A stretch of 64,000 nt of DNA, from positions 16,654 through 80,653 of the forward strand of contig CAVZYT010000002.1 in assembly GCA_963779575.1 (NCBI GenBank), in the 5' to 3' direction. Below, piece after piece: positions 54,794-64,000 of this stretch (position 1 is its first letter; the number at the start of each line of letters is the position of its first letter). Origin of the DNA: an uncultured Chloroflexia bacterium (GTDB lineage Bacteria; Chloroflexota; Limnocylindria; Limnocylindrales; CSP1-4). Under the pieces are notes generated by a model. That model saw only the letters and a program-made list of their open reading frames with translations. It was not told the DNA's origin and did not search any database. A program made the position numbers and the translations under genes.

Positions 54794-55633
54794 CTACGGG
54801 GCCACGGCGACGACCCCGAACATCGTGAGGCGCATCGAGAACTGACCTCGCCGCGCGGCGTCGTGGATCGTCGACACGAACCGCCGGCGATCGGCGGTCG
54901 CCAGCCGACCGGTGGCGACGAGGTCGTCGGCAAGGCTCTCCATCGAGAAGCAACCAAGCGGTGCCGGCGACTCGTCGGGGTCCCAGGTCGTCCAGGTCTG
55001 CGTCGCCTCGGTTCTCGCGAGCGGGACGCAACCAGCGGCGCCGACGAGGTCGTGCAGTCGCCGGCCGACGTTGGAGGGTCGATTCCGCTCCGTTCGCATC
55101 GCGTCGCGGACCCGTGCAGCGAGTGCGTCGTCGCCGACATCGATCGTGAACGTCGACCAGTCGGTGTCGATCAGCGAGATGCGCCCGCCGGGGCGCACCA
55201 CCCGCACCATCTCGGCGACCGCGGCTGCGGGGTCGGCGAGCCACTGGAGCGTGCGTTCGGACCGCGCGGCGTCGAAGGAGTCGTCGGGCTCGTCGAGGGA
55301 GCACGCATCGCCGACCGTGAAGCGCACGCGACAACGGGCGGCTCCGGCGTTGGAACGGGCGACGCGCAGCATTCGCTCGGACTCGTCGATGCCGACGACC
55401 TCCCCGTCCTCGCCGAGATCCTGGGCGAGCCCGAGCGCCGCCTCCCCGAGGCCGCAGCCCACGTCGAGCAGTCGTTCGCCATGAGCCAGGCCGAGCTGTG
55501 CTCGCTCCCACGACCGCAGCCGGAGCGTCGCGTCCCATCCGGCGGTTCCGTCCATCGTGGCGATGAGCACGTCGACGTTCGGATTGTCGTCGACCCGGTG
55601 GTACCCGAGCCCGTGCGTGTCCTCGGTCGCCAT
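54794..55633 (-). CDS. Class I SAM-dependent methyltransferase
   Basis: ...LLDVGCGLGEAALGLA... (motif I), ...VVRPGGRISLID (motif post-II). Confidence 0.8.
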   Translation of the reverse strand: MATEDTHGLGYHRVDDNPNVDVLIATMDGTAGWDATLRLRSWERAQLGLAHGERLLDVGCGLGEAALGLAQDLGEDGEVVGIDESERMLRVARSNAGAARCRVRFTVGDACSLDEPDDSFDAARSERTLQWLADPAAAVAEMVRVVRPGGRISLIDTDWSTFTIDVGDDALAARVRDAMRTERNRPSNVGRRLHDLVGAAGCVPLARTEATQTWTTWDPDESPAPLGCFSMESLADDLVATGRLATADRRRFVSTIHDAARRGQFSMRLTMFGVVAVAP

Positions 55634-55661
55634 GCCGCAAGGGTACGAGGTGGTCGGCCGG

Positions 55662-56006
55662 CTACCCTGCGAGGAAGATGTCGCCGTCGGCGAGGCGGCG
55701 GCGGAACCCGCGCCGCTCGATCACGGCCAGCACCGCGACGGGCAGGTGATCGGTCCACACGAGCGCGAGCGCCGGATCCTCGATCCGGTCCGCGACCGCC
55801 ACGAGCTCCAGGACCGTCGCGGCGAGCTGGTCGGGCACCAGCCACTCCTCGGCCCGGGCGCGCCGCTCCAGGAGCAGGCGGCGGTGACGCTGCCGCGGCG
55901 TGAGCTCGGTGATGGCCGCCTCGCGACGCTGCTCCAGCTCACACAGGCGGTCGAACGCGCGCAGCGTCGCCTCGCACAGCCGGCCCGAGCTCACCGTGTT
56001 CGGCAT
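55662..56006 (-). CDS. Hypothetical protein (114 aa)
   Basis: Good codon bias; no family recognised. Confidence 0.35.
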   Translation of the reverse strand: MPNTVSSGRLCEATLRAFDRLCELEQRREAAITELTPRQRHRRLLLERRARAEEWLVPDQLAATVLELVAVADRIEDPALALVWTDHLPVAVLAVIERRGFRRRLADGDIFLAG

Positions 56007-56159
56007 CCGCTCCCTCCACTGCCGCGCCCGCGGTCCCAGCCGCGGACAGCCACCATCGCGTAGACGACGAAAGTGGTGCGTCCTGTCACCACAGCATAGG
56101 TCCCGGGGCGACGGATGTCGGGTCCGATTTGGCGTGTCGGCGCGAGCCGGCGGGCGACG

Positions 56160-57504
56160 CTAGTTGAGCGCCTCGTCGGCCGCGAACTTGCGCATGAGCT
56201 CGGTGTAGGCGGGCAGCCCGCGCTCGTACCCGATGGCCCAGAAGCCGCTTCCCGCGAGGCCCCGCTCGCGCGCCAGCTGGAGCTTCGTGGCCAGCGTCTC
56301 GGGCGAGTCGACGTACACCGCGTTCCAGTGGACGGGAGGAGGCGACGTCGATGGCCGGGCAGACTTGGCGGGCTTGGGTGTCGCCGACGGTGACGGCACG
56401 CTGGAGGGCGACGAAGAGGGAGCCGCGCCGGGCGAGGCCGCGGGCGAGGCGGTGGGCGGCGGCCCGACGGAGCCGTCGGACCCGAGCGCGTACACCTCGA
56501 CCGACTCGATGTCGTCACGCTGCGGCACGGCCTTCGGGTCGGTCAGCAGATCGAGGTGGTTGCGCAGGATCCAGGCCTGCTCCCCGGCCCGTCTCGGGGG
56601 CCCCGATCTCGGGACCCGTGACCGGCCAGGTCACGCCGTACAGGGGCAGGCCGAGGAGCAGCTTCCCGGGTGGGACGCCGAGCGCCCCGTACAGGTCCAG
56701 GGACCACGGCAGGTCCTTCTCACTGCCGTCGCGCCGATCGAGCGGCGAGGTCGCGCCAGGCGCCGATGCGCCCGTCCGGTAGTCGTACGCCATCATGAAG
56801 ATGCGGTCGGCGCCGGCCTGGTTCGCGCTCGACGCCATGGTCGCCCCGAGCAGGTTCGCCTGGGTCGCGACGGAGACCTGGTGCTTCGGGTCGGCGGCCA
56901 CGAGCGCATCGCGGAGACGGCTGACGAAGCCGCCGTAGGCGACGATCAGGTCCGGATCGAGCGCCTCGATGTCCACGTTGACGCCATCGACACCCAGGTC
57001 CCCGACCATCGCGACGAGAGAGGCGATGACCGCGTTCTGCAGGTCCTCGTGCCGCAGCAGCTTCCGGTTGCGCGCCTGCCCGAAGCTGGAGTACACGAGC
57101 TCGACCCGCTGCCCCCGCTTGTGAGCCTCCTCGATGACCTGGCGGCCGACGTCGCCGGCGATGCGCTGGTAGCCGGGCGCCGTCGTCCGCAGCGAGCCGT
57201 CGGCGGCGTGGGTCACGCTGAACAGGCCGATGGTCGAGAGGGGCGTGTCGGCGAGGTGACCGGCGATCCCCGCGTCCATCTCCCAGTACGGGACGAACCC
57301 GTACAGCTCGTGACCGGGTTCGGGCGGCGGCCCGGCCGAGACGCTGGGCTCGGGCGCCACCAGGGCATCCGAGGCGGACTGGCTGGGGGTGACCGTCGGG
57401 GCAGGTTCGCACGCGACGAGCGCGACGAGCGCGACGACGAGCAGTCCCGCGAGGCCGATGGTCGCCCCCGGCGGCCGGCGTTGAGCGCTCCGGCCGCGTG
57501 TCAC
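56160..57504 (-). CDS. GH18-family glycoside hydrolase lipoprotein (YdhD/chitinase-like), one frameshift near 56550
   Basis: Lipobox LLVVALVALVAC; ...GVDGVNVDIEALDPD...; C-terminal domain (...HWNAVYVDSPETLATKLQLARERGLAGSGFWAIGYE...) in a second frame. Confidence 0.65.
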
Positions 57505-57582
57505 GCCCGTCAGGCCAGCCCCGCGAGGAACCGGAACACCGGGATCGCCGTAGCGAGCCCGACTGGTGCCGAGTCCCTGCCG

Positions 57583-57861
57583 TCAGCGGCCGTCGCGGTG
57601 CCGCCAAACGGGAGGCTCGTCCCTGGGACCACGGAAGATGCGGACCATCCAGACCAGCCCGGCGACCGCAAGCGTGACGGCGAGCGCGGTAAGCGCGACT
57701 CCGCCGGGCAGTCCGAGGGTCGTTGGCCGGTCGCAGGACAGGCACGGGTTGGACAACGCGCCAGCGGCAACAACGATGGCGACGATTCCGACGCCAAGGA
57801 TGCCGACGCCGAGGATGATCCGCGCTGGCCAATAGGCGAAGGTTCGCTTCATGGGCGTCAT
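57583..57861 (-). CDS. Small membrane protein (2 TM, SPCLSC motif)
   Basis: MTPMKRTFAYWPARIILGVGILGVGIVAIVVAAGALSNPCLSCDRPTTLGLPGGVALTALAVTLAVAGLVWMV. Confidence 0.45.
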   Translation of the reverse strand: MTPMKRTFAYWPARIILGVGILGVGIVAIVVAAGALSNPCLSCDRPTTLGLPGGVALTALAVTLAVAGLVWMVRIFRGPRDEPPVWRHRDGR

Positions 57862-57918
57862 CCTACGACGTCCGCCGCGTTGAACAGCTCCGGCCGTCGG
57901 GGTTCATCGGCGTCCCCA

Positions 57919-58638
57919 CTAGACGCTCGCGAGGTAGCGCAGGAGCGGAGTGCCGATTGCGAACGCCTCAGCGAGTGCAGCTGGCAGTGACGGGCTGAAC
58001 GCGTCCTCGTCGGACAGTTGGCGGCCGAACGTCACGTTCTTCTTCCGTAGCAGGTCTGCCGCGGGATGGTCCGGCGGATAGCCGGGCGGTACGCGCTTCA
58101 GCGACTCGCCGTCATCACTGACCGAGCCGAAGGCAGCCACGAACTCGGGCGCTTCGACAATCGCCCGAAACTCGTCCGTCTGGTGCGCGACGCGGTCGCG
58201 GAACCCCTTCAACCACGACGGGTCAGGATGCCAAACACCGCCGCCGACGTAGATGTTGCCGGGCTGGAGATGGAAGTACCCGCCCGAGGCGTGGACATTG
58301 TCAGCGTGTGAGCGTCCCTCCGCCGCGCCTCCATCGCCGAGCCATGCGAAGCTCGCGGACGCGGCGGTCTTGTACGGACTCTTGTCCTTGGAGAAGCGCA
58401 CGTCACGGTAGATGCGGAACGGCGACCTGACCGGGTCGGCGTGGAGAGGGATGCCCCGTGACCGAAACTCGCCATCGAGCGCGATGCACAGCGCTGCCAG
58501 CGGTTCCTTCAGAAGGTGTTCGTACTCGGCCTTGCGCGGCTGAAACCAGTCTCGCGAGTTGTTCTGTGCCAGGTCCAGGAGGAACTGGATTGCCTCGTGG
58601 CGGAAGCCGGTGAAGGCAGCCGGTGAGCTGACAGCCAT
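57919..58638 (-). CDS. DUF2461 (TIGR02453) family protein
   Basis: MAVSSPAAFTGFRHEAIQFLLDLAQNNSRDWFQPRKAEYEHLLKEPLAALCIALDGEF...PFRIYRDVRFSKDKSPYKT. Confidence 0.8.
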   Translation of the reverse strand: MAVSSPAAFTGFRHEAIQFLLDLAQNNSRDWFQPRKAEYEHLLKEPLAALCIALDGEFRSRGIPLHADPVRSPFRIYRDVRFSKDKSPYKTAASASFAWLGDGGAAEGRSHADNVHASGGYFHLQPGNIYVGGGVWHPDPSWLKGFRDRVAHQTDEFRAIVEAPEFVAAFGSVSDDGESLKRVPPGYPPDHPAADLLRKKNVTFGRQLSDEDAFSPSLPAALAEAFAIGTPLLRYLASV

Positions 58639-58733
58639 TTCCTAGCTCCCTGCGAATGTCGTCGTGACGGCCACGCTGGCGCCTCCTGCTGCGCCCGGAG
58701 TCTACGCCGGGAGCGGCGTTTGGCCTCCGGCGC

Positions 58734-60278
58734 GTGTCGTGCGCGTGCGATCCTGTCGCGATGAGCCCCGCCGAACCACGTCGGGCGATGGACGGCTACC
58801 CCGTCCCGCCGTCCACGATGACCGACCTCTACGAGCTGACGATGGCCGCCGGCTATTGGAAGCTCGGCCGGCTCGGCGACGACGCGATCTTCACGCTGTT
58901 CTTCCGCCATGCGCCGTTCGACGGCGGCTTCACCCTGGCCGCCGGTCTGGAGGGCGTGATCGCCTTCATCGAGCGCTACGCGTTCTCGCCGGCCGAGCTC
59001 AGCCACCTTGCCGGGCTGCTCGGCAACGACGACCGGCCCCTGTTCGAGCCGCGCTTCCTCGACTACCTCGCCGACCTCCGGCTGCAGGTCGATGTCGACG
59101 CCATGCCCGAGGGCACCCTCGCGTTCCCCCACGAGCCCCTCCTCCGCGTGTCGGGTCCCCTCCTCCAGGGCCAGCTGCTCGAGAGCGCGTTGCTCAACCT
59201 CGTGAACTACCCGACGCTCGCGGCGACCAAGGCCGCGCACGTCGTGATGGCCGCCGGCGGGGCGCCCGTGATGGAGTTCGGCCTCCGGCGCGCCCAGGGA
59301 CCCGACGGCGCGCTGACGGCGTCCCGTGCCGCGTACCTGGGTGGCTGCAACGCCACGTCCAACGTGCTCGCGGGGCGCCTGTTCGGAATCCCGGTCCGGG
59401 GCACGCACGCCCACTCGTGGGTGCTGTCGTTCGCGAATGAACAACAGGCGTTCGACGCCTGGGCAGACGTCATGCCGGGCAACGCCGTCCTGCTGGTCGA
59501 CACCTTCGACACCGAGGAGGGCATCGCCAACGCGATCGTGACCGGCCGCCGGATGCGCGAGCGTGGCCAGAAGCTGGCGGGGATCCGGCTCGACTCCGGC
59601 GACCTCGCCTACCTCTCGGTTCGGGCGCGTGAGCTGCTCGATGCCGCCGGCTTCGAGGACACCCAGATCGTGGCCTCGAACGACCTCGATCCGGCCACGA
59701 TGGAATCGCTCCAGGCGCAGGGCGCCCGAATCGACAGCTGGGGCGTCGGGACCAAGCTCGTCACCTGCTACGACCAGCCGGCGCTGGGCGGCGTCTACAA
59801 GCTGACGGCGATCCACGAGGCCGGCGCTCCGGCCGGCACCTGGCGGACGCCGGTCAAGGTCAGTGCCGACACCGCCAAGATCACGGTTCCGGGGCGGCTG
59901 GCCGTCCGCCGGTTCTACGACGCCGACGGCACGGCCCGCGCCGACATGATCTGGGACGAGCTCCACGAGACCGACGGCTCCCGGGTGATCGTAGACCCCG
60001 TGGACTCGCACCACCGGCTGACCGTCGATGCGGCGTGGACGTCGCGTGAGGTGCTGGTCCCGGTGTTCCGCGGCGGCGCGCGCGTCTACGACCCGCCGCC
60101 GCTCGATGTCGCCCGCGACCACGCCCGTCACGAGCTGGGCACGCTGCATCCTGCGATCCTGCGCCAGCTTCGGCCGCACTGGTACCCGGCCGGCCTGGAG
60201 TGGGGCCTGCACACGCGTCGCGAGGCGCTTATCGAGGCCGAGCTCACGCCCGATGCCACGGGAGTGCCGGCCCGCTGA
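58734..60278 (+). CDS. pncB: Nicotinate phosphoribosyltransferase
   Basis: ...MTDLYELTMAAGYWKLG...HAHSWVLSF...; the true start may be an internal Met near 58790. Confidence 0.85.
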   Translation: MSCACDPVAMSPAEPRRAMDGYPVPPSTMTDLYELTMAAGYWKLGRLGDDAIFTLFFRHAPFDGGFTLAAGLEGVIAFIERYAFSPAELSHLAGLLGNDDRPLFEPRFLDYLADLRLQVDVDAMPEGTLAFPHEPLLRVSGPLLQGQLLESALLNLVNYPTLAATKAAHVVMAAGGAPVMEFGLRRAQGPDGALTASRAAYLGGCNATSNVLAGRLFGIPVRGTHAHSWVLSFANEQQAFDAWADVMPGNAVLLVDTFDTEEGIANAIVTGRRMRERGQKLAGIRLDSGDLAYLSVRARELLDAAGFEDTQIVASNDLDPATMESLQAQGARIDSWGVGTKLVTCYDQPALGGVYKLTAIHEAGAPAGTWRTPVKVSADTAKITVPGRLAVRRFYDADGTARADMIWDELHETDGSRVIVDPVDSHHRLTVDAAWTSREVLVPVFRGGARVYDPPPLDVARDHARHELGTLHPAILRQLRPHWYPAGLEWGLHTRREALIEAELTPDATGVPAR

Positions 60279-60284
60279 CCCGCC

Positions 60285-61175
60285 TCAGGCGCGTCCGATC
60301 GCCATCGCGGCGCGGACGAGCGAGCCGGCGAACACGATCAGGGCGACCAGGACGAGGACGACCGCGACGCCGGCCGGGACCACGATCGCGGGCGCTCCCG
60401 TCGGCCCCTGCGCGAGGGTCGCACCCACGCCCACGATGCCTGCAGCGACTCCCGCGATCGCCAGCGCAACGTCACGTCGCGTGAAGCCGATGCGCCGGTA
60501 CGACGTGCGAGGGCCCTTCGCCCCGAACCCGCGCGACTCGAGGCTGATCGCCAGCTGACCGACGCGCTCGACCGTGCCGGCGAACACGGGCACGAACGCC
60601 GGGACGACCGCGGCGAGCCCGGTGCCGGGCATCCCCCTTGAGCGCTGCGCCGCGAGGACGATGCGGACCTCGCGCTGGAGCACCGGGACCAGCTGCAGGG
60701 TCAGCGCGATCATCACGTTGAGGAGGTACGGGACCCGCAGCCGGGCGAGCGCGGCGAACAAGTCGGACGGATGCGTCGTCTGGAGCACGAGGATCGCCAC
60801 CGTCTCCATGGCCAGGATCCGGAGCACGAAGGTCACGCCTCGAGCGACGCCCTGCTCGTAGATCGTGAGCGGGCCCAGGTTCGCGATGGGCGTGCAGGCG
60901 CCGCCGCAGGCGGCCGGCGCGATCGACTGGAGCAGGAGGATCGCCGCCGCCAGTGGCGCCAGGACTGCCAGGGCGCGAAGGACGTTGACGAAGATCCCCG
61001 CCGTGGCCGCGAGCACGAGCGCGACGACCACGATCGACCCCAGCACCGGCGCGTTGAACGAGACGAACGCGAACACGACGGCCGCCGCCAGCCAGGCGAG
61101 CTTGGGGATCGGGCTCAGCCGATGCAGCCAGGACGCACCGGGCACGTAGCCCATCCCGCCGGGTCGTTCGCTCAT
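60285..61175 (-). CDS. ECF transporter transmembrane (T) component (EcfT/CbiQ family)
   Basis: ...HRLSPIPKLAWLAAAVVFAFV...; the ATG overlaps the upstream ATPase stop (ATGA). Confidence 0.75.
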   Translation of the reverse strand: MSERPGGMGYVPGASWLHRLSPIPKLAWLAAAVVFAFVSFNAPVLGSIVVVALVLAATAGIFVNVLRALAVLAPLAAAILLLQSIAPAACGGACTPIANLGPLTIYEQGVARGVTFVLRILAMETVAILVLQTTHPSDLFAALARLRVPYLLNVMIALTLQLVPVLQREVRIVLAAQRSRGMPGTGLAAVVPAFVPVFAGTVERVGQLAISLESRGFGAKGPRTSYRRIGFTRRDVALAIAGVAAGIVGVGATLAQGPTGAPAIVVPAGVAVVLVLVALIVFAGSLVRAAMAIGRA

Positions 61176-62857
61176 GGCGCACCCGCCCGGTGACGGCGAA
61201 CGGCGTCCGCCGCCTCCTCGACCGACAGGGCGGGCCATGCGCCCGACCCGGCACCGAGCGCGAGGGCGAGCCGCGTGATCTGCGGCGGCGCGAGGCTCGC
61301 CCGGTCCATCGCGGCCCTGTCGGCGAAGACGGCACGCGGGGTCGCGTCGACGGCGATCCTGCCCCCATCGAGGACGACCAGCCGGTCCGCCACGTCCGCG
61401 ATCAGGCGCATGTCGTGCGAGATACAGACGATCGTCGTTCCGCCGGCGGCGAGGTCGGCGATCAGCCGGCGCACCATCGTGGCCGTCCGGCGGTCCTGCC
61501 CGGTCGTGGGCTCGTCGAGGATGAGGACAGGCGCGCGCATCGTGACGACCGCGGCAATGGCAACCAGCTTCCGGGCCCCGCGCTCGAGGTGGTACGGATG
61601 CCGCTCGAGGACGCCATCGAGGCCCAGCCGCGCGGCGGCCTCGGCGACGCGCGCCGCAACCTCGGCCTCGGCGACGCCGAGGTTGCGCGGCCCGAACGCC
61701 AGCTCGGCGGCGACGGTCGAGGCGAACAGCTGGTGGTTCGGGTTCTGGAACGCGTAGCCCGCGTGAGCGGCCATGCGCTGCACCGGGTTGCGCGCCGTAT
61801 CCAGCCCGTCGACGACCACCGTGCCGGCCGTCGGCCGCAGGAGACCGTTCAGCAGGCGCGCGAGCGTCGACTTGCCCGACCCGTTCCGGCCCGCGACCCC
61901 CACGACCTGGCCGCGTGGCACCTCCAGGTCCAACCCGTCGAGGACCAGCGGCCCGCCGCGGTCATATCGAAAGGCGACGTCCCGCAGCGTGATCATCGGG
62001 CCCGGCGCGTCGCTCACCCGCCCGCCTCGAGCCAGGCCATCGCCTGTGCGACGGTGACCGGCAGCACGTGGCCCGCGCCATCGCCGAGCAACGCGGCCAG
62101 CGCGGTCACCTCCGGCACGCCGACGCCGGCGTCGTCCCGTCGTCGCCAGGCGCCCGAAGACCTCCGCCGGCGGCCCGTCCATGACAATCGACCCCGCGTC
62201 GAGCATGACGATCCGGCCCGCGTGCTCGGCCAGGGCCTCGACATCGTGCTCGGCGACGATCACGGTCATCCCGTCCTCGCGGTTGAGCCGGACCGCGATC
62301 TCGAACACTGCCGCTCGACCCGCGGGATCGAGATTCGCCGTCGGTTCGTCCATGACCAGGACCGACGGTCGCATCGCGATGGCACAGGCGATCGCCAGGC
62401 GCTGCTGCTCGCCGCCCGACAGCGTCGCCGGGTCCCGCCCCTCGAGGCCGCCCAGGCCCACCGACGCCAGCGCCTCGCGGATCCGGCCGTCCATCTCGTC
62501 CCAGGGCACGCCCAGGTTCTCGAGACCGAACGCCACCTCGTCGGCGACGGTCGGCTGGCTCACCTGGGCATCGGGATCGTCGAACACCATCGCGACCACG
62601 CGGGCCATCTCGCGGACGGTCGTCGCCGCCGGGTCCAGGCCGCCGATCTCCACGCTGCCGGCGCGCTCGCCCGGCAGCAGGTGGGGTACGACGCCGTTGA
62701 GCGCCAGGCACAGGGTCGACTTGCCGGACCCGTTGGCCCCCACGATCCCGACGAGCTCGCCCGGCGCAATCTCGAGCGAGATCTCCCGCAGCGCGGGCGC
62801 CGACGCGTGAGCGTGGGTAAACGAGAGCCCGCGGATCGAGACGCCGGCGCCGGTCAT
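61172..62857 (-). CDS. ECF transporter ATPase, fused tandem ABC domains (EcfA-EcfA')
   Basis: Two Walker A motifs (GANGSGKST, GRNGSGKST), two LSGGQ-like signatures (LSGGEQQR, LERGARK...) and two Walker B motifs. Confidence 0.85.
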   Translation of the reverse strand: MTGAGVSIRGLSFTHAHASAPALREISLEIAPGELVGIVGANGSGKSTLCLALNGVVPHLLPGERAGSVEIGGLDPAATTVREMARVVAMVFDDPDAQVSQPTVADEVAFGLENLGVPWDEMDGRIREALASVGLGGLEGRDPATLSGGEQQRLAIACAIAMRPSVLVMDEPTANLDPAGRAAVFEIAVRLNREDGMTVIVAEHDVEALAEHAGRIVMLDAGSIVMDGPPAEVFGRLATTGRRRRRRAGGDRAGRVARRWRGPRAAGHRRTGDGLARGGRVSDAPGPMITLRDVAFRYDRGGPLVLDGLDLEVPRGQVVGVAGRNGSGKSTLARLLNGLLRPTAGTVVVDGLDTARNPVQRMAAHAGYAFQNPNHQLFASTVAAELAFGPRNLGVAEAEVAARVAEAAARLGLDGVLERHPYHLERGARKLVAIAAVVTMRAPVLILDEPTTGQDRRTATMVRRLIADLAAGGTTIVCISHDMRLIADVADRLVVLDGGRIAVDATPRAVFADRAAMDRASLAPPQITRLALALGAGSGAWPALSVEEAADAVRRHRAGAP

Positions 62858-62873
62858 GCCGCGCGAAGCCGGC

Positions 62874-63572
62874 TCAGGCCGCGGGCGGCGGGGCGAGTAC
62901 CACCAGGTAGACCAGCAGGATCCCGATGCCCGCCACCGTGCCCAGCGTCGCGACGAGCAGCGTCCGCGTCCCGACCTCGGCTGGCAGCGGCAGCCCGTGC
63001 GTGTACCGCGGCGGAAGCGCCCCGATGATCGCGATGGCGACGAACCCGCTGATGACCTTGTCGGCGACCGAGGTCAGGATGCTCGAGGTGAACACGGCGT
63101 TGGCCAGAGCGCCACCGGCGGCGATCAGCGCGGCGGTGACCACGTCCGATGGATGGCCGGTGGCGCCGCCATAGACGAACAGCGCGATGACGGCGCCGGC
63201 GGCTCCGGTCGCGATCCCGACGATCACGCACAGCACGAAGAACGTAAGCGGGTTGCGGCCCATCCCGAAGGACCTGACCCCGTAGCCCCAGATGAGCGCC
63301 GCGAGGACGTTGGCCAAGGCGAACGGGATGTTGCTGGGACCGAAGAAGAACGCGCCGCCGACGTTGGTGAGCACGCCGGTCAGGGCTCCCCACCACGGGC
63401 CAAGGACGATCGCGATCACGCAGGTCCCGATCGCATCGAGGTAGATCGGGAGGCCCAGCGCGACCGCAACGTAGCTCGCGACGATGCTCAGCGCGGCGGC
63501 CGCTGGGATCAGCGTGACGATGAAGGTCGTCGGGATCGCGGGCGCCGGCGCGCGCAGGGTCGGCGCGGCCAT
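62874..63572 (-). CDS. ECF transporter substrate-specific (S) component
   Basis: Six-TM small integral membrane protein directly upstream of ecfAA'T. Confidence 0.6.
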   Translation of the reverse strand: MAAPTLRAPAPAIPTTFIVTLIPAAAALSIVASYVAVALGLPIYLDAIGTCVIAIVLGPWWGALTGVLTNVGGAFFFGPSNIPFALANVLAALIWGYGVRSFGMGRNPLTFFVLCVIVGIATGAAGAVIALFVYGGATGHPSDVVTAALIAAGGALANAVFTSSILTSVADKVISGFVAIAIIGALPPRYTHGLPLPAEVGTRTLLVATLGTVAGIGILLVYLVVLAPPPAA

Positions 63573-63577
63573 CAGGC

Positions 63578-63988
63578 TTACTGGCCCCCGGTGAACGGCG
63601 CCTCATCAGGCCGGATCGGCCGGAAGCGCAACGCCGACCAGGTGTCGTCGACGGCGACCTGGGTGATCGGGCGGAGGCCGTAGGGCGCGATCATCCGCCA
63701 CAGGGTGTCGCGGTTGACGTCCGTCCGGTTGGCCTTGGGGTACAGGATCCAGACGACCGGCACGCCAAGGAGGGATCCGGCCTGGGCATCGAAGACCGAG
63801 CGCACCGAAGCCGCATCGTCGGCGATGACCACGGCCACCCGATCCTGGGTGCCGTCCACCGGGCGTCCACCGACGAGGCCCGTGCCGTCCGGCAGCGGGC
63901 CCAGGAGCGACCCGCGGGTGGCATCCGAGAGCCAGACGGTGTCACCGGGCTTGATCAGGAGCTTCGCCGCGACCGGCCGGTCGCTCAT
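63578..63988 (-). CDS. DUF3052-domain protein
   Basis: MSDRPVAAKLLIKPGDTVWLSDATRGSLLGPLPDGTGL... Confidence 0.55.
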   Translation of the reverse strand: MSDRPVAAKLLIKPGDTVWLSDATRGSLLGPLPDGTGLVGGRPVDGTQDRVAVVIADDAASVRSVFDAQAGSLLGVPVVWILYPKANRTDVNRDTLWRMIAPYGLRPITQVAVDDTWSALRFRPIRPDEAPFTGGQ

Positions 63989-64000
63989 CGCGGTTCGGGC

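Overview
This window is about 72% GC, and its gene content (several F420-linked enzymes of the PPOX, DUF385 and LLM types, a DinB protein and lipoproteins) points to an actinobacterial-type chromosome. It is mostly ordinary metabolic, hydrolase, transporter and signalling genes, with no rRNA, tRNA, CRISPR array or transposase. The GC-rich sequence produces many long Arg/Pro-rich antisense ORFs, which I ignored, and the supplied ORF track omits edge-truncated genes; it shows alternative starts (GTG/TTG) as M.

Main points:
- Two adjacent genes at 1.6-4.9 kb, a TetM/OtrA-like ribosomal-protection GTPase and a GH114 glycoside hydrolase lipoprotein, are broken into three or more frames each. About a dozen further genes carry a single frameshift, including a conserved EttA ABC-F gene, while several 2-kb genes are intact.
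- 31137..31580 encodes a solitary phage-tail-tube-like protein (T4 gp19 / Afp1 / Pvc1 family) in a small operon with a GNAT acetyltransferase and a tiny His-rich membrane protein.
- 45843..47204 encodes a secreted protein with two peptidoglycan-binding domains whose N-terminus carries the LQxxAGNAA motif seen in DUF4157-type proteins associated with extracellular contractile injection systems (eCIS).
- A cyclic-nucleotide signalling neighbourhood at 47.3-53.3 kb holds a hybrid histidine kinase, two class III cyclases and a divergent TetR. Elsewhere there are two cNMP-binding fusion proteins and a DUF2652-like cyclase-fold protein.
- Two ArsR-SRPBCC modules have palindromic operators inside promoters that appear to produce leaderless transcripts.
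- Other items: a tandem, possibly fused, AI-2E transporter pair; an orphan beta-class DNA methyltransferase; an ECF transporter operon; and NAPRTase.

None of this is a demonstrably new system. The tail-tube protein and the leader-motif protein are the most suggestive leads.
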